From positions 20,914 to 84,913 of the forward strand of contig MU626346.1 of the NCBI GenBank assembly GCA_025603075.1: a stretch of DNA of 64,000 bases, given 5' to 3'. The notes beneath the pieces were generated by a model. The model was given only the letters and a program-made list of their open reading frames with translations. It was not told where the DNA came from and made no database searches. The position numbers and the translations under genes were made by a program. Positions within the stretch are counted from its first letter, which is position 1. Every line of letters starts with the position of its first letter. This stretch comes from Neoconidiobolus thromboides FSU 785. Its lineage: Eukaryota; Fungi; Entomophthoromycota. Shown one piece after another: positions 25,102-40,431 of the stretch.

Positions 25102-28100
25102 ATGAGCTCTAAAGAACCGACCGAAAGTTTACTCGTACGTTTCAAAAGATTATTATTCATCGATGTGTTCCAATTATTAAAAGTATATCGTCAACGCAAT
25201 GACCCAAATCTAGACCTAATCAAGTTAAAAGTACAAGACACCTCGAAGTATAATGGACAAAGGCTTGATAAAGCGTGGCGTGAACAATTTGAAAAAAAAG
25301 ATAAAGTACCTTCATTAAAAAAAGTATTTTATAACGTTTTTGCAAAAGAATATTTATTCTTAGGTATTTGGAAAATATTTTGGATAATATTAACTTACCT
25401 AGGATGTTATGTTTTACTTAAATTTTTAATCATACGTGTTCAGTTTAATAAGTTAGCTAACGACCCAAATACGGAAGGAAATTCCAAAGATTATTTTGCT
25501 TTTTTTCCATACATTAGTTATGGTGCTGGCCATGCAGTAGCACTTTCACTTTTTGTATCTTGTAGTTTAGCTAGTATTTGTATCCACCATTTGAAGTCAG
25601 AATGTACAAGGGTAGGGATACAAGTTCGATCAAGTATCATGGTATTGGTTTATCGAAAGTCTTTGAGGATCCATTCAGTTTCTGGTCAAATCAGTGACAT
25701 TGTTGAGTTAGTAGGGGATGATTGTAATAGTATTGCAGAAGCGTTTGTTAATTATCATTCCCTTTGGTCATCAGTAGTAGAAATTATAATAATAATAGCA
25801 TTGTCATTTGTAGAATTAGGTTTAGCTGCTTTACCAGTACTTGGCATTTTGGTTATTATATTCCCAGTTCAATATATGTTAGGTCAATATGCTGCTAAAT
25901 TATCACAAAAAAGATCAAAGACTACTTCAGAAAGAGTACATTTGATGTCTGAAGTTTTAACTGCTATTAAATTAGTCAAATTTTACGCTTGGGAAGCTCA
26001 CTTTAAAGAGCGTATTTCTAATGTACGCAAACAAGAAATCAGTCAGTTACGTACAGAGTTTTTTATTCGTTCTAGTTTGATGGTCGTTATGTTTGGTGCA
26101 CCCGTATTAGCTACTTTAGCTTCATTACAAGTTTATCGTATGCTTTATCCAGATAATTTTATTCAAGCTGAGATGGTGTTTGCTTTGGTTTCTATTTTCA
26201 ATACTTTAAGGTAATTTAACTTGTTTTTTTAGAAAAAAAAATAACTTTCTATAGATATCCACTATATTTACTGCCTATTTCAATACAAACAACAAGAGGT
26301 AATCAATAGTTGAAATTCAAGGAATATGACTTAATAATGAATTTAGCTTCTTTGTCCTCTTTCAAAAACTTGGAAAAATATTTAAGTCGACCTGAAGTAC
26401 AACCATTAGCATCCACTTTTACAGTGAGAGAAGAAAGCACTGAAGATGATAGTAGTCCATTATTAGAATTGGTTTGTATTATTCATTTGTAAATTTCGCT
26501 TTATTTATATTACTTAGGATAGTGCCTCTTTTTCATGGTCTGTCGATGCCAAACCAGTTTTATCGGATTTATCTTTAAAAATTCATAAAGGTCAAATTTT
26601 TGCCGTTGTTGGTGATGTAGGAGCTGGAAGTAAACTTAGATTTATTATTATGAATGCTTGTATTTAACCCTTTTTACTAGAATCATCAATCCTAAGTGCA
26701 CTTATGGTAATTTATAAAATTAAGTATAAGCACAATAGACTAATATATGATTTTAGGGCCAAATGGTATTAAAAGGAGGTGATGTATATTTAAAACCAGA
26801 TGTACGTATGGGATATTGTCCATCTGAGCCATGGATTTTAAGTGCAGGTTTAAGAGATAATGTAGTTTTTGGTTCCAAATTCGACTCAGATAAGTATCGT
26901 AAAATTGTAAAAGCTTGTGCTTTAAATCGAGATTTCAAAGCTTTAACCAATGGCGACAGAACAGAAATTGGAGAAAGAGGATATAACCTTACATTAGGAC
27001 AAAGGCATAGAGTTAGTATGGCAAGAGCCGTTTATAATGATTCGGATATTATATTAATGGATGATCCACTTAGTCCTATGGATCCTAGAGTTGCTAAACA
27101 TATTTTCAAGGAGTGTATACAAGGATTATTAAAAGATAAAGCAGTTATTTTTGTAACAAATCAACTTCACTTTTTGCCCTATTGTCATCATATCTTTGTA
27201 ATGAGATCTGGTAAATGTACTGAACAAGGTAAATATGAAGAGCTTATGGCATCAGATATCGATTTTGCAGCTTTGGTTGGAGAAAGTATTGAAATTGAAG
27301 ATCCAAATGGTATTGATGATGTACTTGGGGATGATTTTTTACTTTCAGATTTACCTAATAATGAAAATCAAAGAAATTCACCTGAAGTATTAAGCTCAAG
27401 CAATGATAATGGTAATGGTTATACCAACAAGCCTTTAATTAAAATAGTGGAAAATAGTGGAAGAGCAGTCAATCATAATTTTATGCCAAAAGCTGAAAAC
27501 TCAAAAAAAGAGGATCAAGTTGAAGAAAATGATAATGAAACAAAGGAGGGAAATGAAAAAACATTTATGCCTTCAGTTAGTTTTTCACGTACTAATACAA
27601 TTGAAAAAGGCAACCCGCTTGCTACACAAGCTGAACTTAATGAAATTACAGTATCTCGGATGTTGGAGCGTGCAGATATGAGTGGACATAATGAAATTGT
27701 TAGTAAAATCATCGACAAAACACAAATGTCAGTGATTGGAGGTGCTGGTTTAGCTATCAATACATCAACAGTACAAACAGAAAATAATGCTTTAGCGAGA
27801 GCTATGGAAAGAAATCAACTTACTATACATTCTTTACATTATCAAGATAATCCAGATGAAGATGATTATTTAGATGAAGAAGAAAGAGTTAAAGCAAGAA
27901 GGAAATTAAGAAGGAAGCTTTATTTAAAATATTTTAAAGAAGGCTATGGATTGACTTTAACTTTGATAACAGTTATATTCTCTCTTTTCGTACATGCTAT
28001 AAGAATATACAATGACTATTGGTTAACGGTTACAATAGATTCAAATAAGCCATTTAGTGAACTTGGACATGACTTAGATGTCTATTCATATATTGCAGTA

Positions 28101-30002
28101 GCTTTTATTGTTGGCGTATTTATCCGTGGTATTGCTTTAATATCCGTAAGTGTATCCAAAAGTAACTCTTTTCATAAAAATATGCTTTTACCCATTATTT
28201 CTGCACCGATGTCTTACTTTGAATTCACTCCGCTTTCACGTATATTGCACTCTTTTGCTAGACATCTACATATAGCAGATGAAGTCATGTGGGATAGTTC
28301 ATTTCAAGCCCTTCAATTTTTCCCGTTAGTTTTAGGGACCTTTTTGATAGCCTGTATCGTAGTTCCCTTTTTATTTATCCCAGGAATTTTATTGATAGGT
28401 GCGGCCATATTTATTATGTGGTATGGGAAAGGAGTAGAAGATAAATTACAGCTATATGAAGCTTCTTCAAGACCTCCTATGTTTTCACATCTTTCAGCAA
28501 CTTTAGAAGGGCTTCATTCCATCCGTATTTATAAAGTACAGTCAAGGTTTGATGCCTTTAATATGGTTAAAATAGACCAATCTAATAAGGCCTTACTTGC
28601 ATTAACTTTAGTGAAATGCTGGACTTCTTTATATATTGATTTATTATCTTCTCTTTTCATTTATTTTGCTGCTTTACTTTTATTAGCATTAGAAGATAAC
28701 TATACACTTACTAAAGGGGATACGGGATTAGCATTGACCAATGCATTACAGCTTTTACTCTTTGGTCATATGACAGCACAATCTATATTAGATTTTCATT
28801 CTTCAATATGGAGCGTGGATCAATTAGTTCATTATCGTAGTTCAATTATTCCAGAAGGATCAACTAGTCTAGATGATATTAAACCACCTGAAAATTGGCC
28901 AGAAAATGGAACAATTGAATTTAAGGATGTATCACTGAGGTATCATCGATATGAGATTTCAGTGCTTAAAAATGTATCGTTTGTTATTCAAGGAAGAAGT
29001 AAAGTTGGCATTGTCGGAAGCACGGGATCTGGAAAAACAACGCTATTGACTAGTTTATTGAGATTAGTTGAAGTAGCAGATGGTGCTATTGAAATAGATT
29101 CGGTAGATATATCACATCTCGAACTATTCGAACTAAGGTCAAAGATAGCTGTTATACCACAAGAGCCTGTTTTATTTTATGGTACAATAAGGTCTAATTT
29201 AGATCCTAATAACTTACACACGGATCATAATATATGGCATGCTTTAGAATCGGTTCATTTAGCTGAAAAGGTGCGTTCTATGAAGTTACAGTTGGATGCT
29301 CCGATTGTTGAAAATGGTACTGTATTTACTTTTGCACAACGTCAATTGTTTTGTGTAGCTCGTGCTATCTTATTGAATTGTAAGATACTTATTTTAGACG
29401 AAGCTACTTCAGCAGTAGATCTTCATACGGAAGGATTTATCCGGGATGTTATCAATAAAAATTTTGCTAATCATACAGTAATGTTTGTTGGTCATCGATT
29501 GAATTCAATCATTGAAGCCGACAAAGTATTAGTTATGGACAAAGGTAAAGTGGTCGAATACGATGCCCCGGAAAGGCTCTTGAACAATCCAAATGGCCAT
29601 CTTTATTCACTAATTTTACAAAATGGAGAAGTAGCAGTACAGAATTTATTGAATTTAGCTATACAAAAAGCAGGTCAGAGAGATTCTAGAGTTTCTGAAG
29701 TACCAAATATTACCCCATCAGGTATATCAACTCCTGCACGTTCGATAAAACAACCTCAGCTTGCTACAAATAACTCTGGTACTTCGACACCTAAATATGA
29801 TAACTCAGTTAATCCTCAACTAACGGTTATCTCAACTCTTTCTCATCAAACAGTCAATTCTCAACATCTTCCTCCACCAGCTGAAATGCCTCGTTCATTA
29901 GAAGAGATGTTTTTAAATCCAAATGTAGAGAATCCTAATATTGATTCAGTACTTAGGAAATCGGAAATAGATAGTTTGTCTAATTCTAATGATCCAAAAT
30001 AA
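25102..30002 (+). CDS. ABCC (MRP-type) full ABC transporter, TMD-NBD-TMD-NBD, multi-exon
   Basis: Walker A GDVGAGK-S and GSTGSGKT; Walker B ILMDD and LILDEA; IPQEP Q-loop; signatures LTLGQ and FTFAQ. Confidence 0.9.
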
Positions 30003-30215
30003 TTTTTTACTTATTGATTTTACTTAATAATACTTAATACTGACAAAAAAGACTAAAGTTTTTATAAATAATAAATGATTTATTTTTGTACACATTATTT
30101 TATTTATGGTATGATATTGTTTTCAATATTGGTTTTACTTTACTATTTAACTAAATACTCTCTTTTCTTTTCTTTTCTTTATATTTCATAATCATACATT
30201 AAATACCAGCTAGAC

Positions 30216-31427
30216 TCAATCCAAAACAGCAGGCAAATAAAAGGTAAGTTCACCAAGCTCTTCACCAAGAGGTGAAGTTAATTTAAAATAAACTTTAAAA
30301 GCCTGGTTTTCAACAATACCTAAAACATCATTAACTCAAACAAAAAATTGAAAAGTTTATCAAATACTTACTACAAATAGCCTTTTTCATCCCTTCAAAA
30401 GTGGTATTAAAAATTTTATTTAATTGTTTCATTTCTAAAGGTACTTGAATTATATTAAAAATATTCAATTCTTGAAATGAAGCATTAAAGTCAATATCTG
30501 GTGCGGGTAAATTTTCTATATTGGAACGATTGATTAAATTGTAAAATAAAAGATTTTATAAAATTACGAAAAGTTGGTATGATATTATTAGCAAATGTGA
30601 CATTGACCTCCGCACTCTCAGTTCTTAATGAAAATCGTACTTCCCCTGCCAAGTTTGCTCCCACCTTTACCTTGTGATTTTGATATTTCATTCGACTTAA
30701 TTCATGACGTACTAAGCCTACTTTGGGCAACTGAAATTCAATCTTGAAATATTAATCAATTTAAAAAATCCTTTTCAATAAATTACATACCGTTGACTCT
30801 GACATCCCTGGTTCTTTGATCAATTCCATTTGAGATTTAGTTAATATTCTAATAGGTAAATCCAAAGTTAAAGCTATTTGACCTTTAACATGTTCCTATA
30901 TTTTTATTAGTAAAAAATAGAAAAATATTACATGTTGTTTTACTCTTTCCCCTTTAGTAATCCTTAAATAGGAATTTTCTCCATGTTTATATAATCGAAA
31001 GATGGTATCTGAACTGGTATTTGATTTGATTGTTCTGGAGAGTAAATTGGATTCAATTTCTATAAAAATGGTGTTGTTATTCTGGCTGTCAATTCGATAG
31101 TTGCCAAAGATTTTGTTCTAGTAAAAGGTATTAAATTGATTTTAAATAATTTAATCAACTTGTTACCGTTGGTAGAATACTAAAAAAATCTAGTTACTGA
31201 TCTATTTGATTAAATATGTTTTTACCTCCTTATATGTATACCAGGCTGTTGAATTGAAGTTAAGTGGATGATTAACTCTTCTTTAAAGAACATTAATAGT
31301 ATATTCTTTTCAAATTTTTCAAAGTTGGAAGCAATCTCTAATGAAGTTAATTAACAGTATTTTGTAGATATAATATCGAACTACCATGTATTAATGTTCC
31401 ATTTATTATGTTTCCTTTAAGTCTCAT
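30216..31427 (-). CDS. HUS1: 9-1-1 checkpoint clamp subunit Hus1/Mec3, multi-exon
   Basis: N-terminus MRLKGNIINGTLIH; KEP...QLPKVGLVRHELSRMK...GANLAGEVRFSLRTE; C-terminus LTFYLPAVLD, all resembling Hus1 blocks. Confidence 0.7.
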
Positions 31428-31751
31428 TTTATAATTAAAAAAATAAAAGATTGATTTTTTTGATCTTTTTATGATTTACTTTTTATAGGAAATTTTAAAT
31501 TATGCTTAGATTATATAAAACTACAAATAAGAGCTTAAGTGGTATTTAAAATTACTTGTTATAGGTGATGTTTAATAAATATGAGAAATATTTGTTTTTT
31601 ATAGAAGAATAATATATATAGATCAATGAGCTATTTTTTAAAACTTGATAAAACAAACGATAAAGCTAATAATAATATTAAACAAATTTTAATTCTATAA
31701 TTTTACTCCAAGACTATAATAAACGTATATAAAAAATGGACTGATAAAAAA

Positions 31752-32910
<1,159 letters not shown>

Positions 32911-33096
32911 TTTTATACTCTTATTCTAAAAAAAAATTCTAGTTTCAGAATTTATGGTTTTCAATGTTTTTATCAAAAGTTAATTGGTTGAACTTGATTC
33001 TCGAATACTTTTTAATAAGAAATTCAAATGAAACTAACAAAAATAAGAATAATCATTTTATTTATTTATTATTTTATTACTTCTATACTCTCTATC

Positions 33097-34669
33097 TTAT
33101 AAACAAACATCTAAATTAAAGATCCCAATTCCTGAATCAATAACACTTTTGATTACACCAGCGACTGCTACTTGAATACAATTTTGTTCAAATTTTAAAA
33201 TTTCAACATGATTAATTTTACTATATGGAAGAATATCGCATCTCTTGATCACTTCCAACAAACATAAGCTTTTCAAATCCAATTTAAACACACATAGTAT
33301 ACCATCATTACCAGCAGACATTAAATAATCGATATTATTATATCGTATTAATTTACTAAAAAAATAAACTATTTAGATTTATAAATTTTAAACAAAATAC
33401 TACAACTTACATATAAGAAATGGAATAATTATGCGTATAAGGTAATTGGTAACTTTGCCAATTATTTTCAGGCTTCTTATATTTCATCAAATAAAGACTT
33501 CCATTTCCAAGTCCAAAAGCGAGGATATCCAAACTAATATGATAACTGGAACATAATACAAATGGTGGGTTAATAAGTTGATTACTATGCTCGCTTAAGT
33601 TTGTATTTTCTATAAACTTATTAGCTCATGAGAGTTTGAATTGTGAAGTTATTACTCGGTTGTAATTCATAGTAAGGTAATTCATCTTTTAATTTCCAAA
33701 ATTTAATAGAATAATCCATACCACCAGAGATAACTATAGAGAAGCTTTTAATTTATCATTAACTAGTTCAAATAATAATTTACTCTCATTTTTTGTTGGA
33801 TGAAATAATACAGTAAAAGCAACCTAAATTAAAATAAATGAGAACAAAATAAAAAGATAAATAAAATTACATTTTTATGTTGATCTTCAAATCTCGATAC
33901 TGTATTTTCTGATTCTATATCAATAACTATCACTTTACCATCATCATTAACAGCTGCTAATAATTTTCCCTGAGAATTGATTGCTATCTAAATCTTATTA
34001 ATATTACTAACAATAATCAAACAAAGTATTACTTGATTTATGTCTTCTTCTAAAATAATAATATCTTTTAAAACATCTTTTTTATTTAAACAATCCAAGA
34101 TCAATTTTTTGCTATTTAAATCAAACACATAGATCTAAATAGTTAGTTTTTGTATATAATAAAGCTATAGTTTGAAAATTACATGATTTAAACTAACAAT
34201 ATATAAATGATTTGAATACTTTTTAGTTGGATTTATAGCGATACAACTGATCTGCAAAAAAATCATTAATATTAAAGACAATTAAAATAATGATTTAACG
34301 TTAACCTCCTCTGGAAAATTTTTAATAGCAAATATGGTTTTAAAGCTAGATAAATCTATCACTTTCACCGTTTTATCAGCTAATAAAATTAATATCACTT
34401 ATCCATTTATTACTTATAAACTACAATTCTATTACCTCCCCCCAAAATCAATAATGTTTTACCCTCATACTCTTTTTTCAATATATAATTAACTTGTGAT
34501 TTAAAGCCATAATACCTTTGAACTGGCTTTTGAAACAGTAAATTTATTTTAACTACAAATATACTACTAAATATACCTTAATCTCTCCAATATCTGGTGT
34601 TATAATTTTTTGTTCTTTATTTTTATTTTTGTTATTTTTAATTTGGTTATTATTATTAAATAATCTCAT
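33097..34669 (-). CDS. WD40-repeat protein, WDR53-like, many short exons
   Basis: Spliced WD-like repeats LLAAVNDDGKVIVID, TVLFHPTK, YSGGMDYSIKFWKL, SAGNDGILCVF; exon boundaries read by eye. Confidence 0.55.
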
Positions 34670-34834
34670 ATTAAACTTAACAAAATTCAGAGATTTCAAA
34701 TTTTAACTAAATTATAATTGTTCCAACCAATAAACATTAATCTCGAAGAGACTGTAATTCAAATAATTACAAAGCCACTTTGAATATTTTATTAAACTAA
34801 TTGAACCTTTTCTATAAATTATTTATAAATCGAA

Positions 34835-35513
34835 ATGGTATATTCTATCTATTATCCCTAAACAACTCAAAAAATCTAACCTCTTTTAAAACCCAATAGA
34901 TAAGATTTATCTTAGTGCAAAATCGTCAAGGAAAAACGAGGTTGGCTAAATGGTATGTACCTTATGAAGATGAAGAAAAGATTAAAATAAAAGGAGAAGT
35001 ACATCGACTAATTGCACCAAGGGATCAAAAAAACCAATCCAATTTTGTAGAGGTAATTGAATCCTTCTATTAAAATAATTATCACATCAGAAGCAACTAT
35101 CGATTAAAAAGAAAAAAAGAACAGAGAATAAATCAAATATTATTTTTAATTAAATTTATTTAGTATCGTAATTACAAAGTAGTTTATCGTCGTTATGCTG
35201 GATTGTTTTTTTGTTTTTGTGTGGATTCAAATGATAATGAATTAGCTTATTTAGAAGGTATTCATTTTTTTGTTGAAGTATTGGATTCTTTCTTTGGTAA
35301 TGTTTGTGAATTAGATTTAGTATTTAATTTTTATAAAGTAAGTTTAAAAGTCTTGTTTATTATTTATAGCTGTAGTATTGAGTGATTCCTTTAATGTTAA
35401 TTTAATTTTAGGTTTATGCTATCTTGGACGAAGTCTTTTTAGCTGGTGAAATTGAAGAAACATCCAAATCTGTTATACTTACTAGATTAGATCATTTGGA
35501 TAAATTGGAATAA
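34835..35513 (+). CDS. APS2: AP-2 adaptor complex sigma subunit
   Basis: ATG-only first exon, then [19 protein letters not shown]...[11 protein letters not shown]...[14 protein letters not shown]...[11 protein letters not shown]. Confidence 0.95.
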
Positions 35514-35730
35514 GCCAATTACATTTTTATATCTCTTAAATAACAAAAAGACAATATTAAATAAATATTAACTATCAATAATAATTCCATTATAAATTAT
35601 ACCCTATTTTTTTAAATTGAGATGTTTCGTATTTTATTCGTAATTAAAATTACTCCAATTGTGCTTAGGAGATAAACAACTCAAAATTCATTCCTTAAAA
35701 AATTTATTCCACTTTCATTTATAAAATTTA

Positions 35731-36760
35731 ATGTTTTGGACACGTAATATAGAACGATTAACTTATTTCATTGGTGGGGCTAGCATTGGTATCATATCTT
35801 ATCAAACCTTATCACGCCGTGATCGAGTGCATAATGACTATAATAATTCTCAAATTAAATCAAATTATGATCAACATTTAATCAAAACTAATAATAAATT
35901 AGGGGATTTGTTAAAATATGGTTATCCAGGTAATTATAAGAAATACATCTTATCCTTCTATTTTAATTAATGGTTGAATGTAACTCAATTTTAAAGGTCC
36001 CATTTCCGACCCAATACGTCGCGAAGCTTATATAGGTTCTTATAACCGCCAGTTGCGTAACCCTAATTTTGTAATTGAAGAGTTGACAGAGGCGAATTTA
36101 ATTAATAAAAGCGGTGCTGATAGAGGCAATAGTAAATTCAAAGAAGATGACAATATCCCTAAACTCTTCCGTAGTTTACTCAAAGACTACTCCAAGAGTG
36201 GTTATGATCGAGGTCACATGGTCCCCGCTGCTGACGTTAAATATAGCCAATCCGCTATGGATGAAACGTTTTATTTAACTAATATGGCACCTCAAGTAGG
36301 TGTTGGTTTTAATCGACATTATTGGGCTTATTTAGAAGAGTTTTGCCGAGGTTTGACAAAACAATTCGATAAGGTTTATGTGATTACAGGGCCTTTATAT
36401 TTACCTAAAAAAGGAGATGGATTCCCTGATAAAGAGAAATGGTATGTTCAATATGAAGTGATTGGTAATCCACCAAATATTGCAGTTCCTACTCATTTTT
36501 TTAAAGTTTTATTGACAGTCCCTAAGGGTGGAGGTGCTCCGTATTTGGGAGCGTTTTTACTACCTAACGCTAAAATACCTGAAGAAGTACCTTTAGAAAG
36601 ATTTAGTACTTCAATTGAAAGTATTGAAAAAGCATCAGGGCTTATCTTTTTTGATAAATTAGGACCAAATAAGGAAACTGAGAATTCTAAACTATGTGAT
36701 AAAATTACTTGTAAATTAAATAGTAAATTTATTGAGAAAGTTAAGAGTTATCAACAATAG
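35731..36760 (+). CDS. NUC1: Mitochondrial endonuclease G / Nuc1, copy A
   Basis: One intron after KYGYPG; DRGH active site, TFYLTNMAPQ, NIAVPTHFFKV. Confidence 0.92.
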
Positions 36761-36818
36761 TAGATAGTGAAATAAAACGGAAATAAAAAATAATAGAACG
36801 AATTGTACGCTTTTTTAA

Positions 36819-36933
36819 TTAAATTGACTTGTCTTTAACCCATTTTGTAATAGCTAAAGAACTAATTAGCCTTGACGATTCAATATCTATCAAATTAATT
36901 AAACTGCTTTGATCTTGAGTATTTGACTGTTTC
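36819..36933 (-). pseudogene. Duplicated 3' fragment of the L-2-hydroxyglutarate dehydrogenase gene
   Basis: Reads KQSNTQDQSSLINLIDIESSRLISSLAITKWVKDKSI*, versus KQLNTQNRGNLINLIGIESPGLTSSLAIAEWVKNKLI* at 38987-39100; no upstream part of the gene present. Confidence 0.85.
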
Positions 36934-37849
36934 AAACACCCATACTTGTCGAATCTTTTTTTGAGACAGCCAAATAGGCTAAAAAGCCTATATATTTATA
37001 GGTACAGTTCTCCTGCGTTTTCTTACTATCATTAGACATTATAAATTGTAAGGAGTATCGATAACTATTAGGACTCTTTGACATATTGGTTCTCAAGCTC
37101 AATATCTTTTCTATATTAACCAGTTTTTTACACCGATATCCGATTATAAAAAGAATGCTAGCTTAACTTCTTCGTGAGATTTTCCTCAACCAGCAATTGG
37201 CTTAGTTTTACAATTACTTTTGCACATGGTACATTCAACTAGTCGGATCTGATTATGTAAAGCTCTAGCGTTACTGCTTTTAGACTATTACATTCTCTAG
37301 GTCTAAATTTTACAATAGAATTAATAGTTTCACATTTATACTTTCTTTTTATGTGCTAAACAATGAATTATTATAAACAGATGACCTTACAAAAAGTACA
37401 CGTGCTATTGAAATAGTTCCACCAATTTTAGCAAAAGATAAGTTTATTTTAAACAAACGTCTTTAAAAAAAATTTTAAAAATTGCATTGACTTCTAATAA
37501 CTTCAATGTATTTTAAATATATAATCGGATTTGATTGATACTGTTTTTTTTAGTATTGTATTATATTTTGTTAAGGCATTTACTTATAGTTATCCATGGG
37601 CCAATCTATAAAAGCTAAAAAAATTTGGTATATTAAATATGTGAGAGATCGAAATTCAACTTAAATTACTACTTTAGGTAATTTAAAAAATTCATAGTCC
37701 ACTTTGAATTTTATATGAATAATAGTAAAAGAGCCATGTTTCAAATTTTAGCTCTGATAAAAAATTGACTCACTTAGTTCCAGGTATAAAATGCTTCAAA
37801 ACTCCATCTTATTAAAATACCTTCTCGTTTTCACTTACAAACAATTCAT

Positions 37850-38912
37850 ATGTTTTGGACCCGAAATATTGAACGATTAAGTATATTCATTGGTGGAGCC
37901 AGTATTGGTATCTTATCCACTTATTTCATTGTTGGTACAAGTATTGGTATGACATCCTACCAAACCTTAGCACGTCGTGATCTAATTTATAACGATTATG
38001 ATAACTCAGATATAAAAACCAATTATGACTCACATTTGATTAAACGTAATGAAAAACAAGAGGATTTATTAAAATATGGTTATCCAGGTAAGAATCATTA
38101 TCATATACTATTTACCAGCCTCTAATAACCTACTCTAGGTCCCATTTCCGATTCAATAAGTCGTGATGCTTATATGGGTTCTTATAACCGCCAGTTGCGT
38201 AACCCTAATTTTGTAATTGAAGTGTTAACTGAAGCCAAACTGAACCAAACAGGGGCTGACCGAGATAAATCGAAATTCAAAGAAGATGATAGTATCCCTA
38301 AACTCTTCCGTGGTTTACTCAAAGACTACTCCAAGAGTGGTTATGATCGAGGTCACATGGCACCCGCTGGTGATGTGAAATATAGCCAATCCGCTATGGA
38401 TGAAACGNNNNNNNNNNNNNNNNNNNNNNNNNNNNNNNNNNNNNNNNNNNNNNNNNNNNNNNNNNNNNNNNNNNNNNNNNNNNNNNNNNNNNNNNNNNNN
38501 NNNNNNNNNNNNNNNNNNNNNNNNNNNNNNNNNNNNNNNNNNNNNNNNNNNNNNNNNNNNNNNNNNNNNNNNNNNNNNNNNNNNNNNNNNNNNNNNNNNN
38601 NNNNNNNNNNNNNNNNNNNNNNNNNNNNNNNNNNNNNNNNNNNNNNNNNNNNNNNNNNNNNNNNNNNNNNNNNNNNNNNNNNNNNNNNNNNNNNNNNNNN
38701 NNNNNNNNNNNNNNNNNNNNNNNNNNNNNNNNNNNNNNNNNNNNNNNNNNNNNNNNNNNNNNNNNNNNNNNNNNNNNNNNNNNNNNNNNNNNATTGAAAA
38801 AGCATCAGGGCTTATCTTTTTTGATAAATTAGGACCAAATAAGGAAACTGAGAATTCTAAACTATGTGATAAAATTACTTGTAAATTTACTAGTAAGTTT
38901 GGTGAAAGTTAA
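37850..38912 (+). CDS. NUC1: Endonuclease G / Nuc1, copy B (middle in an assembly gap)
   Basis: Same exon layout as copy A; DRGH intact; N run 38408-38792; slightly shortened C-terminus. Confidence 0.8.
38408..38792. other. Assembly gap (385 N)
   Basis: Run of N; the matching stretch in NUC1 copy A is 354 nt (36269-36622). Confidence 0.99.
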
Positions 38913-38986
38913 GAGTTACTGACAGTAGTGATTAATAAAATATAAATAGAAATAAGAAAATGATAATATTGATGTTTTATTTTTAA

Positions 38987-40253
38987 TTAGATTAATTTAT
39001 TTTTAACCCATTCTGCAATAGCTAAAGAACTAGTTAATCCTGGTGATTCGATACCTATTAAATTAATTAAATTCCCACGATTTTGAGTATTTAATTGTTT
39101 CATATAAAAATCTTGAATTTTATTATTGTCATTATCTGTAGATATCGATAATTTTGGTCTAATACCTGAATAATCAGGTAATAACTTTTCTTCTTTTAAA
39201 TTTAATACATATTGAGATGCAGCATTAAAAAAAGTATTTCGACGTTCTTCATTAACTTGATAATTGATGTTTCTATTACTCAAATATTCCACATCAGGAC
39301 CAAATTTAGTTTTACCATTCAAATCCAACGTTAAATGAGTCCCTAAACTTGTTAGTTTTTTATCTGGTATTGGATAAATCAATCGATTTGCTACTTTTTC
39401 ACTATATGAAAAGTAATTGCCTTTACAATAAGTATACTCAAACTTTTCTTCTTTTTCATCAACTAATTCATTTAATAAATTGCCTATTTTATCCGCTTGT
39501 AAACCAGCACAATTAATTACATTATTACATTTAATTAATACTACTTGATTAATTTTAAGATGCAATATCTTGACCAAATAACCATAATTATTATTTGTTT
39601 TCATTACATCTAAAACTTCAGTATCATTTAAAAAAATTTGTTGTGATGATTTCATATAATTAAACAATAACGAATGAATATACTCATGTGAATCAATTAT
39701 TCCTGTCGTCTCTGATATCAATCCAAGCTTTGCTTTAATATTAGGTTCTTTTTGACTTATCTCAGTTTCCGATATATACTTTAAATTTATACCCAAGTCT
39801 TGACTCTTCTCTTTTAGTTTCTTTAAATAATCTATTTGTTCTGGTTCATTTTGTGCTACTATCCATTTGCCAATTTGATTATAATTTACTTTATTTTGTT
39901 TACAATATTGGTATAAAAGTTCCTTCCCTCTTAAACACATACGCTCTTTATTACTATCTTTTTCATAATAAATACCTGCATGAATTACTTCACTATTTCG
40001 ACTACTATAATTTTAATTAATATTATACCTTTTAAATTCTATAATTCAAATGATTCTAATTTCATAAAACTTACCTAGTTTCCATCCCAATAGTTTCATT
40101 TTTCTCAATTAATATCATATTATGTTGATCATATCTTTGAGATTGATTTAATATATGTCCAATAGCACAACCTACTACACCACCACCAACAATAACAGTA
40201 TCCGTATGAATAAGATCACTCACTTGACTACTAAACCGGCGTAAAAATTTCAT
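38987..40253 (-). CDS. L2HGDH: L-2-hydroxyglutarate dehydrogenase (FAD-dependent)
   Basis: MKFLRRFSS presequence, VIVGGGVVG dinucleotide fold, ETR-SRNSEVIHAG, LGTHLTLDL, FGPD, GIESPGLTSSLAIA. Confidence 0.9.
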
Positions 40254-40431
40254 ATTAAAAATGATGAATTTTAAATTTACTAAAAATAGGTGCATAAATT
40301 TAGACTAAGATTTGACGTTAACCAATTAGTATTCAAGTTGAGATAAGCTTATCAGATGAAGAATATAAATTAAAGTAATAAAATCGAATATGTAGAAAAA
40401 ACTCAGTTACCTTTCAAAATTTTAAAAATAA

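Noticed and set aside
38353-38912. Long X-filled ORFs
   Set aside because: Artefacts of the N gap inside NUC1 copy B.
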